A stretch of DNA of 64,000 nucleotides, taken from assembly GCA_036149055.1 (NCBI GenBank), contig JAYZQJ010000078.1, forward strand, positions 23,519-87,518, given 5' to 3'. Below, piece after piece: positions 18,689 through 28,211 of this stretch (within the stretch, counting starts at the first letter, position 1; each line of letters opens with the position of its first letter). The translations under genes and the position numbers were made by a program. The notes under the pieces were generated by a model. That model worked only from the letters and a program-made list of their open reading frames with translations. It was not told the DNA's origin and made no database searches. Source of the DNA: Myxococcota bacterium. Lineage in GTDB: Bacteria > Myxococcota_A > Polyangia > Polyangiales > Sandaracinaceae.

Positions 18689-20249
18689 CCTGCGCGCCCT
18701 GGTCGAAGGGCTCCGATCCGAAGGCGAGCAGGATGTTGAACGACTGGTCGCGATCCCCGATCGAGCGGAGGCCGAAGCCGAAGCTCATCCGGAGTCGCTC
18801 GACGTGGAAGTTCGACAGGCGCTCCTCGAAGACGTTGCCCACCGAGAAGTGCAGCGAGCCGTCCAGCCAGACCCAGACCGGGTAGCGGTACTCGAGGGTC
18901 GCCACGAGCGCGCTCCGGTCGACGAGCTGGTTCTGGATGAAGCCGCTCATGATCATCGGATCGCCGCCGAGGTTGACCTGCTCGAGCCACGGGACCGGCG
19001 CCGTGCCGAGCGGGTCGGCGAAGCGGGCGAGGCCGTAGAGCCCGAAGATCCGGTTGGCGCCGACGTCGAGGAAGCCGCCGATGGCGCCGCCGTACTGGAT
19101 CCAGCGGTTCTCCACCGGTTCGTTCAGGTCGAAGCCGAGCCCCGTGTAGGCCTCGACGCGCACCCCGTGGCCCGCCGCCGGGCGCGGCTCGCGGGTGTCG
19201 ATGACCACGTCGAGGCGCTGACGGTAGGCGGTGTAGCCCTCGAACCCGGGCGGCAGCTCGTACCAGCCCTGATCGTCGACCGCCTGCTGGAGGGTCGGGT
19301 CGCCGCGTCGGCCCCAGTTGTAGCCGTCGGGCGCGAACTGGTTCCAGATCACGCCGGCCCGGAACCGGACCTCGCTCTCGCGCCAGGGCATGAAGCGGAA
19401 GTCGAGCCGCCCCTCGAGGTAGTCGCGGCGGTACCGCGAGCGCTGCGAGCGCTCCGAGTCGTAGCCGGTGCCCTGGTAGACGAAGTCCGGGCGGTGGAGC
19501 GCGTCGAAGGTCAGGCCGAGCTCGGTCTCCTCGCTGAGCCGGAGCCGGTCGCTGATGGTGCCGCGCAGCCAGTCGATCCCGCCGAACGCGGCCGACACGC
19601 GGAAGAAGTTGCCCTCGAGGACGTCCGGCGCGTTGTGCCAGAAGAAGAGCCCGACGCTCGGCTGGAAGCCGAAGTCGAAGAAGGCGGTCGGCACCAGGCC
19701 GGCGCGTCGCTCCTCGAAGGTGAAGAAGTCGATGAGCAGCGCGGTCCAGTTCTCGCGCTCCGCGGTGGTCAGGAACCACCCGAGCGGCTGACGGATCACG
19801 TACTCGAAGACCAGGTGGATCGGGAAGAAGAGGATGCGGGGGACCCAGAGCAGGACCTCGCCCGCGTCCGGCCCCGGCTCGGCGCGCCCGTCGTAGTCGG
19901 GGAGCTCGCGGCGCGCGATGGTGGGCTCGGTCGGCTCGTCGCCCTCCTCCGCTTCGCCCTCCTCCGCTTCGTCCTCGGCCTCGTCGTCCTCGTCGTCAGC
20001 GGCCTCGTCGTCTCCGGTCCGGAGCTCGGCCTGGTCCTCGTCGACCTCGACCGGCGCCTCCTCGACCGGGATCGGCTCCTCGGGGTCCGGGTCGCCGTCG
20101 GCGCCCGAGTCCTCGACCGTCTCGACCGGGAGCGGGATCTCGCCGCCGTCGTCGGCGTCCTGCGCGGCCGCGGAAGTGCTGATGGCGAAGAGCGCCGTGC
20201 TCGCGGCCAGGAGGGCTGCGAGACGGAGGTTGAAGAGCGCGGGCTTCAT
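18645..20249 (-). CDS. Omp85/BamA-superfamily-like outer-membrane beta-barrel with acidic N-terminal extension
   Basis: Signal peptide (AAAQ), then a D/E-rich tract and amphipathic beta-strands. Late motifs LGGDPMIMSGF..NQLVDRSALVATLEYRYPVW, GNVF, SFGFGLR; terminal Phe. Confidence 0.72.
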   Translation of the reverse strand: MKPALFNLRLAALLAASTALFAISTSAAAQDADDGGEIPLPVETVEDSGADGDPDPEEPIPVEEAPVEVDEDQAELRTGDDEAADDEDDEAEDEAEEGEAEEGDEPTEPTIARRELPDYDGRAEPGPDAGEVLLWVPRILFFPIHLVFEYVIRQPLGWFLTTAERENWTALLIDFFTFEERRAGLVPTAFFDFGFQPSVGLFFWHNAPDVLEGNFFRVSAAFGGIDWLRGTISDRLRLSEETELGLTFDALHRPDFVYQGTGYDSERSQRSRYRRDYLEGRLDFRFMPWRESEVRFRAGVIWNQFAPDGYNWGRRGDPTLQQAVDDQGWYELPPGFEGYTAYRQRLDVVIDTREPRPAAGHGVRVEAYTGLGFDLNEPVENRWIQYGGAIGGFLDVGANRIFGLYGLARFADPLGTAPVPWLEQVNLGGDPMIMSGFIQNQLVDRSALVATLEYRYPVWVWLDGSLHFSVGNVFEERLSNFHVERLRMSFGFGLRSIGDRDQSFNILLAFGSEPFDQGAQVSSVRLLVGSQQGF

Positions 20250-21952
20250 CGTCCGGGCGCCTCCACGCTGGAGGGCCGCTCGAGCCCGACGAGCTGGATG
20301 TCACCGGGCCCCTTGGCGTACAGGTGGACCCGCGCCGGCAGGGTGGTCTCGCGTCCCGGGGTCTGGGCGATCACGTCCACCACGACGTAGGTCGGGTCGG
20401 CCGCGCTCGCCGCCACGTCGGGCAACGCCGCGCACACGTAGTGCTCGGCGGAGCGCGTCAGGCCGGGGCTCTCGACCGGCTCGAGGGCGTCCCCCGCCCA
20501 CGCCCGCGCCGAGTAGCGCCGGGTCGCGCGGTCACGGATTCCGCTCCATGTGGCCAGGTCCTGCATACAGAGCTCGCTGCCGCCCTCCTCTCGGGGACGT
20601 ACATAGGGCCACGTCAACGGTGACAAGCGCGTCAGGTAGCGCTCGAGGATCCGGTCACGGCGCCCCGCGAGGATGCGCGCCAGCTCCTGCTCGACCACCG
20701 GATCGTGAAAACGTCCCTGCGCCGCGAGCGCCGCCAGGTGAGGGTCTCGGAAGCGCGCGATGATGCGCGCCATCCAGGCCGCGTCGCGCTCGGTGTGGCG
20801 GTCGAACGAGGGGTTGGGGTAGCCCGGGCGCCAGGCGTCGGGCTCGAACCGGAAGACGTCGTAGTAGCCGAGCGTGCGGCCGGCCGGGCCCTCCTGGGCG
20901 ACGAACCAGGGGCGCGCCGCGAGGTCGAGGGTCAGCCAGTCGGTGACCACGTGCTCGAAGTCGAGGTAGCCCGAGTGTCCGAAGCGGCGGACGAGGTACT
21001 CCCACTCGTGCACGATGCCGAAGCAGTCGCCGAAGTCGATCATGTAGTGGCGCACGTAGCCGTCGTCGGCGCCGTCTTCGGTCATCCACGCGGCGAGCGT
21101 GTTCTCCTGCCGCGAGTCGATGTGGTCGGTCCACGCGGCGAGCACGACCATGCCCCGGGTCTCGCGGCGGTGCTGGTGCGGGACGACGTCGTTCGGGTCG
21201 TCGGACCGGACGCCCTCGTAGCGCCAGGGGCTGATCGGCCGGCCCTCGATGAAGCGGCTGACGCTCGCCCGGTAGCGCCCGTCCGGGAGCTGGAGCGCCG
21301 CCTCCATCACCGCGTCGATGTGATGCTGCTCGAGCGGCTCCTCGACCCCGTTCGTGCGCTCGATGGTGGCCTCGGGATCGACGACGAGGATGTCGCGGTC
21401 GAAGTGCACGACGCGGTTGCAGGGCGTCCAGTAGCCGGCCGCGTGGTAGATGGCCGCGCCGATCGTGTCGGCGGCCCCCGGGCGCCACGGCTGCCGGGTG
21501 CCTTCGGTCTTGAGCAGGTAGCGCTGCCCGTTCGCGTCGCGGATCTGGAAGCCCGGGTTGGCGCCGTCGGGCTTGCCGCCGACGATGGTCCACGGCCCCG
21601 GGATGTCGAAGCGCTCGCCGCACGCCCCCTGGGCGACCTGCTCGGGGCTCATCAGCCGCCGGCTCAGCCGGTTCTGGAACCAGCTCGAGTCGGGGACCTC
21701 GTCGACCGAGTTGACGTTCACCGCCTCGCGCGAGGGCTCGAAGAGCCAGAACTCGCTCACCGGACGGAAGAAGGTGTTGTCCGCCCCGTCCCACATGTAG
21801 GGGGAGTAGAAGGACTCCGGCATCGGCCGGAAGCGGCGCTGATCGGCGTCCTCCCACATCACCTCGGCGAGCGGGTACCGGCGCAGGCCGGTGGTGGCGC
21901 AGCCGGAGAGCGCGGCGATCAGCAGAGCGAGCAGGGGGGCGGGTCGGGTCAC
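20246..21952 (-). CDS. Lipoprotein with predicted atypical protein-kinase-like (HipA/PI3-4K/CotH-like) fold
   Basis: GTG 21952 and lipobox ALSGC. Kinase-like motifs in order: GGKPDGANPGF, RYLLK, HIDSRQENTL (D-x4-N), MIDFGDCFG. Its stop overlaps the barrel gene start (ATGA). Confidence 0.7.
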   Translation of the reverse strand: MTRPAPLLALLIAALSGCATTGLRRYPLAEVMWEDADQRRFRPMPESFYSPYMWDGADNTFFRPVSEFWLFEPSREAVNVNSVDEVPDSSWFQNRLSRRLMSPEQVAQGACGERFDIPGPWTIVGGKPDGANPGFQIRDANGQRYLLKTEGTRQPWRPGAADTIGAAIYHAAGYWTPCNRVVHFDRDILVVDPEATIERTNGVEEPLEQHHIDAVMEAALQLPDGRYRASVSRFIEGRPISPWRYEGVRSDDPNDVVPHQHRRETRGMVVLAAWTDHIDSRQENTLAAWMTEDGADDGYVRHYMIDFGDCFGIVHEWEYLVRRFGHSGYLDFEHVVTDWLTLDLAARPWFVAQEGPAGRTLGYYDVFRFEPDAWRPGYPNPSFDRHTERDAAWMARIIARFRDPHLAALAAQGRFHDPVVEQELARILAGRRDRILERYLTRLSPLTWPYVRPREEGGSELCMQDLATWSGIRDRATRRYSARAWAGDALEPVESPGLTRSAEHYVCAALPDVAASAADPTYVVVDVIAQTPGRETTLPARVHLYAKGPGDIQLVGLERPSSVEAPGR

Positions 21953-22087
21953 GAGATGGCTCCACCTAGCTCCAAACGGGCGCCGGAGCACGCGGGCGGC
22001 GGCGATGGTGAAACATCTCCGGCTCTGCGGTAAAGAGACGCCAGGATCCGGGGGACAAGCATCCGGGGGGGCAAGCGAGGTGACGAG

Positions 22088-23587
22088 TTGAGCGAGAGCG
22101 ATTCCTTCGGCGAGCTCCGGGCCCACGTCCGGCGCATCGAGACCCTCTCCGGGATCGAGGGCACCCTCGACTGGGACCAGCAGACGATGATGCCGCCCAA
22201 GGCGGCGGCGCTCCGGGGCGAACAGCAGGCCCTCGTCGCGGGGCTGGCGCACGAACACATCTCGGATCCTCGCATCGAAGGCTGGCTGGCGGACCTGGAG
22301 GGCACCGAGGACCCGGTGCGCGCGGCCGCCGAGAGGAACCTGGGGCGGACCTACCGCCGTGAGAAGCGGGTGCCGGCGGATCTGGTCGACGCGCTCGCCC
22401 GCGCCAAGAGCGAGGGCTTCGGCGTCTGGGTCGCCGCCAAGAAGTCCGACGACTGGGCGAGCTTCCAGCCGAAGCTCGAGCAGCTCGTCTCGCTCTCCCG
22501 CCAGCGCGCGGCCGCCATCGACCCCGATCGCCACCCCTACGAGGTGCTGCTCGAGGAGTTCGACCCGGGCACCACGGTGGCCTCGCTCCGCGACACCTTC
22601 GGCCGCCTCCGCGACGGCCTCGTGCCGCTGCTCGAGGCGATCGCCGGCGCCCCCGCGCTGCCCGCGGTGGACCGCACCTTCGACGTCGCCGGGCAGGAGG
22701 CGCTGCACCGCGAGGTCGCGGCCGCGCTCGGCTACGACTTCGAGGCCGGTCGGCTCGACCCCGCCGAGCACCCCTTCACCAGCGGCATGGGCCCCGGCGA
22801 CGTGCGCATCACCACCCGCCTCGCCCCCGACGACTTCTTCGGCGGCCTCGGCAGCACGGTGCACGAGACCGGCCACGCCCTCTACGAGCAGGGCCTGCCC
22901 CACGCGCATCGCGGGACCACGGTGGCGGAGGCGGCGAGCTTCGGGCTGCACGAGTCCCAGTCCCGCTTCTGGGAGAACACCATCGGGCGCTCCGAGGCCT
23001 TCTTCCGCTGGCTCGCCCCGAAGCTGCCGGGCCACTTCGAGGGCGCGACCCCCGACGCGTCGGCGCTCTACCGCGCGGCCAACCGGGTCGAGCCCAGCCT
23101 GATCCGGGTCGAAGCGGACGAGGTCACCTACAACCTGCACATCGTCGTGCGGTTCGAGCTGGAGCTCGCGCTCTTCGAGGGGACGCTCGCGGTCGCCGAC
23201 CTGCCGGCGGCGTGGAACGAGAAGTACGCCGAGTACCTCGGGGTCACCCCGCCCGACGACACCCGCGGCGTGCTCCAGGACGTGCACTGGTCGAGCGGCG
23301 CGTTCGGCTACTTCCCGAGCTACACCCTCGGCAACCTCTACGCCGCGTCGATGGGCCGTGCGATCGAAGCCGCGCTCCCGGATCTCTGGGACCGGGTGGC
23401 CGACGGAGACTTCGCGCCGATCCTCGGCTGGCTCCGCGAGCGCGTCCACGCGCGCGGCCACCTGCTCGAAGCCCCCGAGATCGTGCGGGAAGCGGTCGGA
23501 GAGCGGGACCACGTCGCCGACCTGCTCGGCTACCTGTGGAGCCGCCACGGCGCCCTCTACGGGGTGTCGCGGCCCGAAGGCGTGTAA
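22088..23587 (+). CDS. Carboxypeptidase, peptidase family M32
   Basis: WDQQTMMP, HPFT, VRITTR, HETGHALYEQG, HESQSRFWEN, IRVEADE, GVLQDVHW, GYFPSYTLG. Confidence 0.95.
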   Translation: MSESDSFGELRAHVRRIETLSGIEGTLDWDQQTMMPPKAAALRGEQQALVAGLAHEHISDPRIEGWLADLEGTEDPVRAAAERNLGRTYRREKRVPADLVDALARAKSEGFGVWVAAKKSDDWASFQPKLEQLVSLSRQRAAAIDPDRHPYEVLLEEFDPGTTVASLRDTFGRLRDGLVPLLEAIAGAPALPAVDRTFDVAGQEALHREVAAALGYDFEAGRLDPAEHPFTSGMGPGDVRITTRLAPDDFFGGLGSTVHETGHALYEQGLPHAHRGTTVAEAASFGLHESQSRFWENTIGRSEAFFRWLAPKLPGHFEGATPDASALYRAANRVEPSLIRVEADEVTYNLHIVVRFELELALFEGTLAVADLPAAWNEKYAEYLGVTPPDDTRGVLQDVHWSSGAFGYFPSYTLGNLYAASMGRAIEAALPDLWDRVADGDFAPILGWLRERVHARGHLLEAPEIVREAVGERDHVADLLGYLWSRHGALYGVSRPEGV

Positions 23588-23596
23588 GCTGACGGC

Positions 23597-25696
23597 GTGA
23601 AGGGGTGGTGGCGCTGGCTGTCGCCCGACGTGCCGCGCGACGACCCGGAGGAGGCGACGGCGGCGCGGCGGGCGGCGGGGCTGTTCGCGATCGTGACGAT
23701 CGCGTGGCTGCTCTTCGCCGCCCAGTACGCGCTGCAAGGTCGGTGGCTGACCGTCGGGATCGACGTCACCGTCGCCGCCCTCACCGCCCTCGGCCGCAGC
23801 TGGACCCTCCGGGATCCGAGCCTGCGCCGCGTGGCCACCGGCACCGCGCTCGTCACCCTGCTCTCGCTCGTGGGGCTGGTCGGCGCGGCGATCCTCAGCG
23901 GACAGGACCGGGCGATGGCGGTCTGGTACATCGCCATCGCGCCGCTCTTCCTCGGCTACGTGGTCGGCCCGGGGAGCGCGCTCGGGGCGGCGGCGCTCGC
24001 CTCGCTGGGCATCGCGCTCGTGCACGCCTCGACCGCGGTCGTGACGGTGGAGCCCGAGTTCGTGGCCGACGGCTCCGAGCGCATGCTCGGCCAGATCCTG
24101 CTCGCCTGGGTGGTGGCCGGCTTCGCCTGGACGGCGCGCAAGGCGATGGACACCCAGGTGAGCACCATCGAGCGACAGCGCGCGATCGCGCTCCGGAGCG
24201 CGGCCGCGCTCGAGACGGCGCGGGATCAGGCGATGACCGCGGACCGCGCCAAGAGCGAGTTCCTGGCCAACGTCAGCCACGAGCTGCGCACGCCCCTCAC
24301 CGCCATCCTCGGCATGGCCGACCTGCTCGCCGACGACACCCTGGCGGGCGACCAGCGGCACCGGGTCGAGCGGATCCAGGAGGCCGGGCGCACGCTGCTC
24401 GCGCTCCTCGACGACGTGCTCGACCTGTCGCGGGTCGAGGCGGATCGGCTCGAGCTGTCGCCCGAGCCCTTCGAGCTGCGGGCCGAGGTCGAGCGCGTGG
24501 TCGAGATGCTCGCGCCGAAGGCCGCGCGCGGCGTCTCGCTCGAGCTGGAGCTCGAGGGCGAGGTGCCCGAGTGGGTGCGGGTGGACGGGCGGCGCCTCCG
24601 GCAGATCCTCGTCAACCTGGTCGGCAACGCGGTGAAGTTCACCACCAAGGGCCAGGTCACCGTCCGGGTGACGACCGAAGGCGCCCGCACCCGGCTCGCG
24701 GTCGAGGACACCGGCATCGGCATCCCGCAGGCGGCGCAGGCCCGCATCTTCCAGCCGTTCCAGCAGGTCGACGCGTCGACCAGCCGGCGCTACGGCGGCA
24801 CCGGGCTCGGCCTGGCGATCAGCGCGCGCCTGGTCCGCTCGCTCGGCGGTGACCTCCAGCTCGAGAGCCGGGAGGGCGAGGGCAGCGTCTTCCACTTCAC
24901 GCTCGCGCTCGAGCCGTGCGCCCCCGGTCAGGCCCCCCGCGCCGCCGACGACCTCACCCCCATCGCCGAGCAGCGCCCGCTCTCGATCCTGGTGGCCGAG
25001 GACAACCCGGTGAACCGCGAGGTGATCACCGGCCTGCTCGAGCGGCTCGGCTACGCGCCGGTCGTGACCGAGAACGGGGTCGAGGCGGTCGCCGCCCTCG
25101 ATCTGCAGCCCTTCGACGTGGCGCTCGTGGACATCCAGATGCCGCTCATGGACGGCATGGCGGTGGCGCGCGCGGTCTCGGACCGCCCCGACCGCCCGGC
25201 GCTGATCGCGCTGACCGCCAACGTGATGGCGCACCAGCGCGAGCGTTATCTCCGCGCGGGCTTCGAGCGGGTGCTGCCCAAGCCCATCGATCCGCGGGCG
25301 CTGCGCGACGCGCTGCTGGATCGCGAGGGCCCGGGCGAAGCGCGCAGGGCCGTCACCGGCTCGTTCGACGAGTCCCGCCTCGAGCCGCTCGAGAAGATCA
25401 GCGGCGATCGCTTCCCCACCCTGCTCGCCGCGCACGTCGACAACGGCGGCGCGCTGGTGACGGAGGCGCGCGAGGCGCTGGCGGCCGGCGACCTGGAGAC
25501 GCTCGAGCGCGCCGCCCACTCGCTGAAGTCGAGCAGCGCGCAGTTCGGGTCGATGCGGGTCAGCGACTGCTGCGCGGCCCTGGAGCACGCCGCCGAGCGC
25601 GGCGATCGGGCGGCGGCCGAGGAGGCGATGACGGCCCTCGAGGCGGCCTGGGAGCGCGCCGCCGGCCGCCTCCGTTCACGGATCGACGCCGCCTGA
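23597..25696 (+). CDS. Membrane hybrid sensor histidine kinase (TM-HisKA-HATPase-REC-Hpt)
   Basis: Multiple N-terminal TMs; FLANVSHELRTPL; NLVGNAVKFT; DTGIGI; GGTGLGL; REC AEDN...VDIQMPLMDG..KP; Hpt AHSLKSSS. Confidence 0.94.
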   Translation: MKGWWRWLSPDVPRDDPEEATAARRAAGLFAIVTIAWLLFAAQYALQGRWLTVGIDVTVAALTALGRSWTLRDPSLRRVATGTALVTLLSLVGLVGAAILSGQDRAMAVWYIAIAPLFLGYVVGPGSALGAAALASLGIALVHASTAVVTVEPEFVADGSERMLGQILLAWVVAGFAWTARKAMDTQVSTIERQRAIALRSAAALETARDQAMTADRAKSEFLANVSHELRTPLTAILGMADLLADDTLAGDQRHRVERIQEAGRTLLALLDDVLDLSRVEADRLELSPEPFELRAEVERVVEMLAPKAARGVSLELELEGEVPEWVRVDGRRLRQILVNLVGNAVKFTTKGQVTVRVTTEGARTRLAVEDTGIGIPQAAQARIFQPFQQVDASTSRRYGGTGLGLAISARLVRSLGGDLQLESREGEGSVFHFTLALEPCAPGQAPRAADDLTPIAEQRPLSILVAEDNPVNREVITGLLERLGYAPVVTENGVEAVAALDLQPFDVALVDIQMPLMDGMAVARAVSDRPDRPALIALTANVMAHQRERYLRAGFERVLPKPIDPRALRDALLDREGPGEARRAVTGSFDESRLEPLEKISGDRFPTLLAAHVDNGGALVTEAREALAAGDLETLERAAHSLKSSSAQFGSMRVSDCCAALEHAAERGDRAAAEEAMTALEAAWERAAGRLRSRIDAA

Positions 25697-26497
25697 CTCG
25701 CTCATGTGCGGCGGCGGGCCGTCGCTCGTCAGGATGTGGTCGGGGTCGCCCAGGAACTCGAAGTGCATCGTGTCCATGAGCCGGTCGTGGCCGAGCCAGT
25801 AGAAGCCGTACTTCTCGAAGCCGCGCACCCAGCACTCCGGCATGATCATGCGGTCGAAGATCGAGTCCGGCTGGCCCTGGCACTGCGGGTGGAGACGCCA
25901 CTCCTTCACGCAGTTGCAGCAAGTGTTCTCGCGCGGGTCGAGGTCGATCGCGATCCCGTAGACGTGATTGCTGACCTCGCCGTTGTGGTAGGTGTTGCGG
26001 TCCCGGATCCCGCTCAGGCGCCCCGGCTGGTAGTCGTCCTGACAGGTCCGCGCGATCTCGCGCTCGGCGCAGCGAGCCGCCGGGATGATGCGCTCGTTGA
26101 GGCGGATGGGCCGGTCGAAGAGCCGGAGCCCGCGGGCGTTCTGCATCGGGCTGCGGTCGTTCCAGGACGCCTGGCCGAAGCCCGTGAAGAAGCCGTACTG
26201 CTCGGTGCGGAATCGGATGGCCCGCGCGTGCGTGCCCCGGCGATCGCGCACCTCGTCGCGATCCATGCGGCGGTTCACCTGCCAGTTGGCGCGGATGAGG
26301 AACGCCTGCGGATCCTGCGGGTTGCAGTCGATCTCCTCCGCCGCGGCGCGCTCGCGCCACGTGGTCTCCTCCGCGTCGTCCTGGGCCCCGAGCGGGAGCG
26401 CCAGCGCCGCGCCGAGCGCGAGCAGCGAGGACAGAGCGGAGAGGGCGAGGCCCAGTCGGGAGCGGGGTCGGGATCGCACGCGCCGAGGGTAGCTCAC
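25676..26497 (-). CDS. Secreted M15-family metallopeptidase (peptidoglycan peptidase-like)
   Basis: Signal peptide; SNHVYGIAIDLD (SxH-x6-D) and DTMHFE zinc-ligand motifs; GFYWLG. Confidence 0.82.
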   Translation of the reverse strand: MSYPRRVRSRPRSRLGLALSALSSLLALGAALALPLGAQDDAEETTWRERAAAEEIDCNPQDPQAFLIRANWQVNRRMDRDEVRDRRGTHARAIRFRTEQYGFFTGFGQASWNDRSPMQNARGLRLFDRPIRLNERIIPAARCAEREIARTCQDDYQPGRLSGIRDRNTYHNGEVSNHVYGIAIDLDPRENTCCNCVKEWRLHPQCQGQPDSIFDRMIMPECWVRGFEKYGFYWLGHDRLMDTMHFEFLGDPDHILTSDGPPPHMSESGGVDP

Positions 26498-26524
26498 CGT
26501 CCCCCGGACGCGAGCCCCCCGAGG

Positions 26525-27103
26525 TCACGCGCCGCGGATCCGGTCGAGGTCCGTCCAGAGCGCGTCCACGTCCAGGGCGATCCCGATGGAGTCGAGCGGG
26601 AGCGCGCCTCCGCGGACCAGGGTCACGAGCCACTGATCGGCGGACACGCGGCGGTGATGCTCGACCAGGCGCGCTTCCCAGGAGACGACCACGTACTCGG
26701 CGAAGCTCTCGAGCGTCCGGTAGTGCGACAGCTTGCCACCGCGGTCGTAGTCGGCGGTGGTGGGCGAGGCCACCTCGACGACGAGCGTGGGGTTCACGAG
26801 GGCGTTGGGGTCGCGCTCGTCGTACCGGGGCGTCTCGCAGACCACGAGCGCGTCCGGGTAGTGGTACGCCTCGGTCGCCGGGGTGGAGACCTTCTGGCCG
26901 TCGGGGAACGCGACGCAGTCCCTCCCCGCCAGCCCGTTCGTCAGCTGCACGATCACGTTGCGCGTGACGATGCCGTGCTCGGGCGTCGCCCCCCGAGAGG
27001 CCCACGCGAGCCCGTTCGCGTACTCCCAGCGCTCTTCGCTCGCCGCGTCGAGCGCCACGTACTCGGCCACGCTCATCCGTCGCTCGTCCCGCGCCTCCAC
27101 CAC
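26525..27103 (-). CDS. Uma2 (DUF820) PD-(D/E)xK-family endonuclease-like protein
   Basis: MSVAEY, YPDALVVC, NPTLVVEVASPTTADYDRGGK, EYVVV. Confidence 0.9.
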   Translation of the reverse strand: MVEARDERRMSVAEYVALDAASEERWEYANGLAWASRGATPEHGIVTRNVIVQLTNGLAGRDCVAFPDGQKVSTPATEAYHYPDALVVCETPRYDERDPNALVNPTLVVEVASPTTADYDRGGKLSHYRTLESFAEYVVVSWEARLVEHHRRVSADQWLVTLVRGGALPLDSIGIALDVDALWTDLDRIRGA

Positions 27104-27125
27104 CCGAGCATACCGCGCGACGCGG

Positions 27126-27170
27126 GCTCGGGCAGGGCGCGCTCGGGCAGGGAGCGCTCAGGCAGGGAGC
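27126..27170. repeat. Three tandem copies of a 15-bp unit GCTC(G/A)GGCAGGG(C/A)GC
   Basis: Units at 27126-27140, 27141-27155 and 27156-27170; the third contains the stop codon of the SUFU-like gene. Confidence 0.8.
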
Positions 27171-27730
27171 GGGGCGCGGTCGGGGCGGGTGACGAAGAGC
27201 GGGGTCGCGGCGCGCAGGCGGGCGATCAGCTCCTTCCAACCGTCGTCGGCCATCGAGGGCAGCTCCCGCTCGTGCAGCGCCACCACCTGGTAGTAGACGG
27301 GCAGCTCGCTCGCGCCGAGCTCGGGGTCCTTCACCAGCGCGGCGCAGCGCAGGCGCCCGCCCGGGTCGACCGGGGTCGGGAGGCAGAGGTAGTGCCCCTC
27401 CTCGAAGCCGACGCCGCTCTCCACCACGTGCCGGGCGAAGCGCTGGAGCAGCCCGACCGGCCAGGCGGGCGGGCCGACGGGGCCCTCCGCGCGGGGGACG
27501 CGAGCGAGGCGGAACGTCAGCTCGAGCGCGAATCGGTCGCGCAGGCCGAAGCCGACGTAGTGCCAGTGCTGCGGCGCCTCCTGGGGCGCGGCCTCGAACA
27601 CGCCGACCGTGGTCAGCGGCTCCTCACGCGTCCCCGGGCCGGAGAAGATCTCCGGCTCCTGCTCGCCGTAGAGCGCGGCGAGCGGCCCGGTCTCCAGCCG
27701 GGTGCGGATGCGTATGGGCGGGAGGCGCAT
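27158..27730 (-). CDS. Suppressor-of-fused (SUFU)-like domain protein
   Basis: HWHYVGFGL, ELTFRL, PPAWPVGLLQRFARHV..SG..F..GH, DPEL, YQVVALHEREL pattern. Confidence 0.72.
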   Translation of the reverse strand: MRLPPIRIRTRLETGPLAALYGEQEPEIFSGPGTREEPLTTVGVFEAAPQEAPQHWHYVGFGLRDRFALELTFRLARVPRAEGPVGPPAWPVGLLQRFARHVVESGVGFEEGHYLCLPTPVDPGGRLRCAALVKDPELGASELPVYYQVVALHERELPSMADDGWKELIARLRAATPLFVTRPDRAPLPA

Positions 27731-27740
27731 CAGGGGAGGT

Positions 27741-28202
27741 CTACGCCTCCCCGGTCGATTCCTTCCCGCCCTCGCGGTAGTGAGGTGCCCAGCCGCTGGG
27801 GTCCTGGAAGAGCCGCACGCATCGGATGGTCTTCCGATCCGTCAGGAAGAAGCGGTGGTGACGGTCCTTCGGCACCACGATCAGGTCGCCGGGCTCCACC
27901 GTCACCCGCATCCAGCGATCGTCCTGGCTGCGGATGTCGAAGACGCCCTCCCCCTCGAGCACGAAGCGGACCTCGTCCTCGGTGTGGAGGTGCTCGTCCA
28001 CGAACTTCGCGCAGATGGCCTCGAGGTTCTCGGTGTCCGGCCGGAGCGCGACCTCGTCCTGGTGGACGTAGCCCTGCGCCGCCTTGAGCGCGTCGATCGG
28101 GCCCTGGTAGGCCCCGAGGTCGAGCCGCTCGTAGTGGACGCCCTCGGCGCCGAGTCGCTGCGGGTCGATGGTCTCTTCGGTCTCGAGCCAGTGCGCGCGC
28201 AT
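27741..28202 (-). CDS. mtnD: Acireductone dioxygenase (ARD cupin)
   Basis: KFVDEHLHTEDEVRFVLEGEGVFDIR...WMRV..EPGDLIVVP..HHRF; adjacent to mtnB. Confidence 0.92.
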   Translation of the reverse strand: MRAHWLETEETIDPQRLGAEGVHYERLDLGAYQGPIDALKAAQGYVHQDEVALRPDTENLEAICAKFVDEHLHTEDEVRFVLEGEGVFDIRSQDDRWMRVTVEPGDLIVVPKDRHHRFFLTDRKTIRCVRLFQDPSGWAPHYREGGKESTGEA

Positions 28203-28211
28203 CGCGTGTCC

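Noticed and set aside
21953..25588. A 1780-aa giant protein (ORF 20246..25588)
   Set aside because: The upstream part is the antisense shadow of the M32 peptidase and hybrid kinase genes; only 20246-21952 looks like a real protein.
15830..27730. Defence island (NYN, Uma2, SUFU-like and kinase-like genes)
   Set aside because: The genes are scattered among housekeeping genes with host-like composition. The kinase-like protein is exported and has no HipB-like partner, so it is not a HipBA module.
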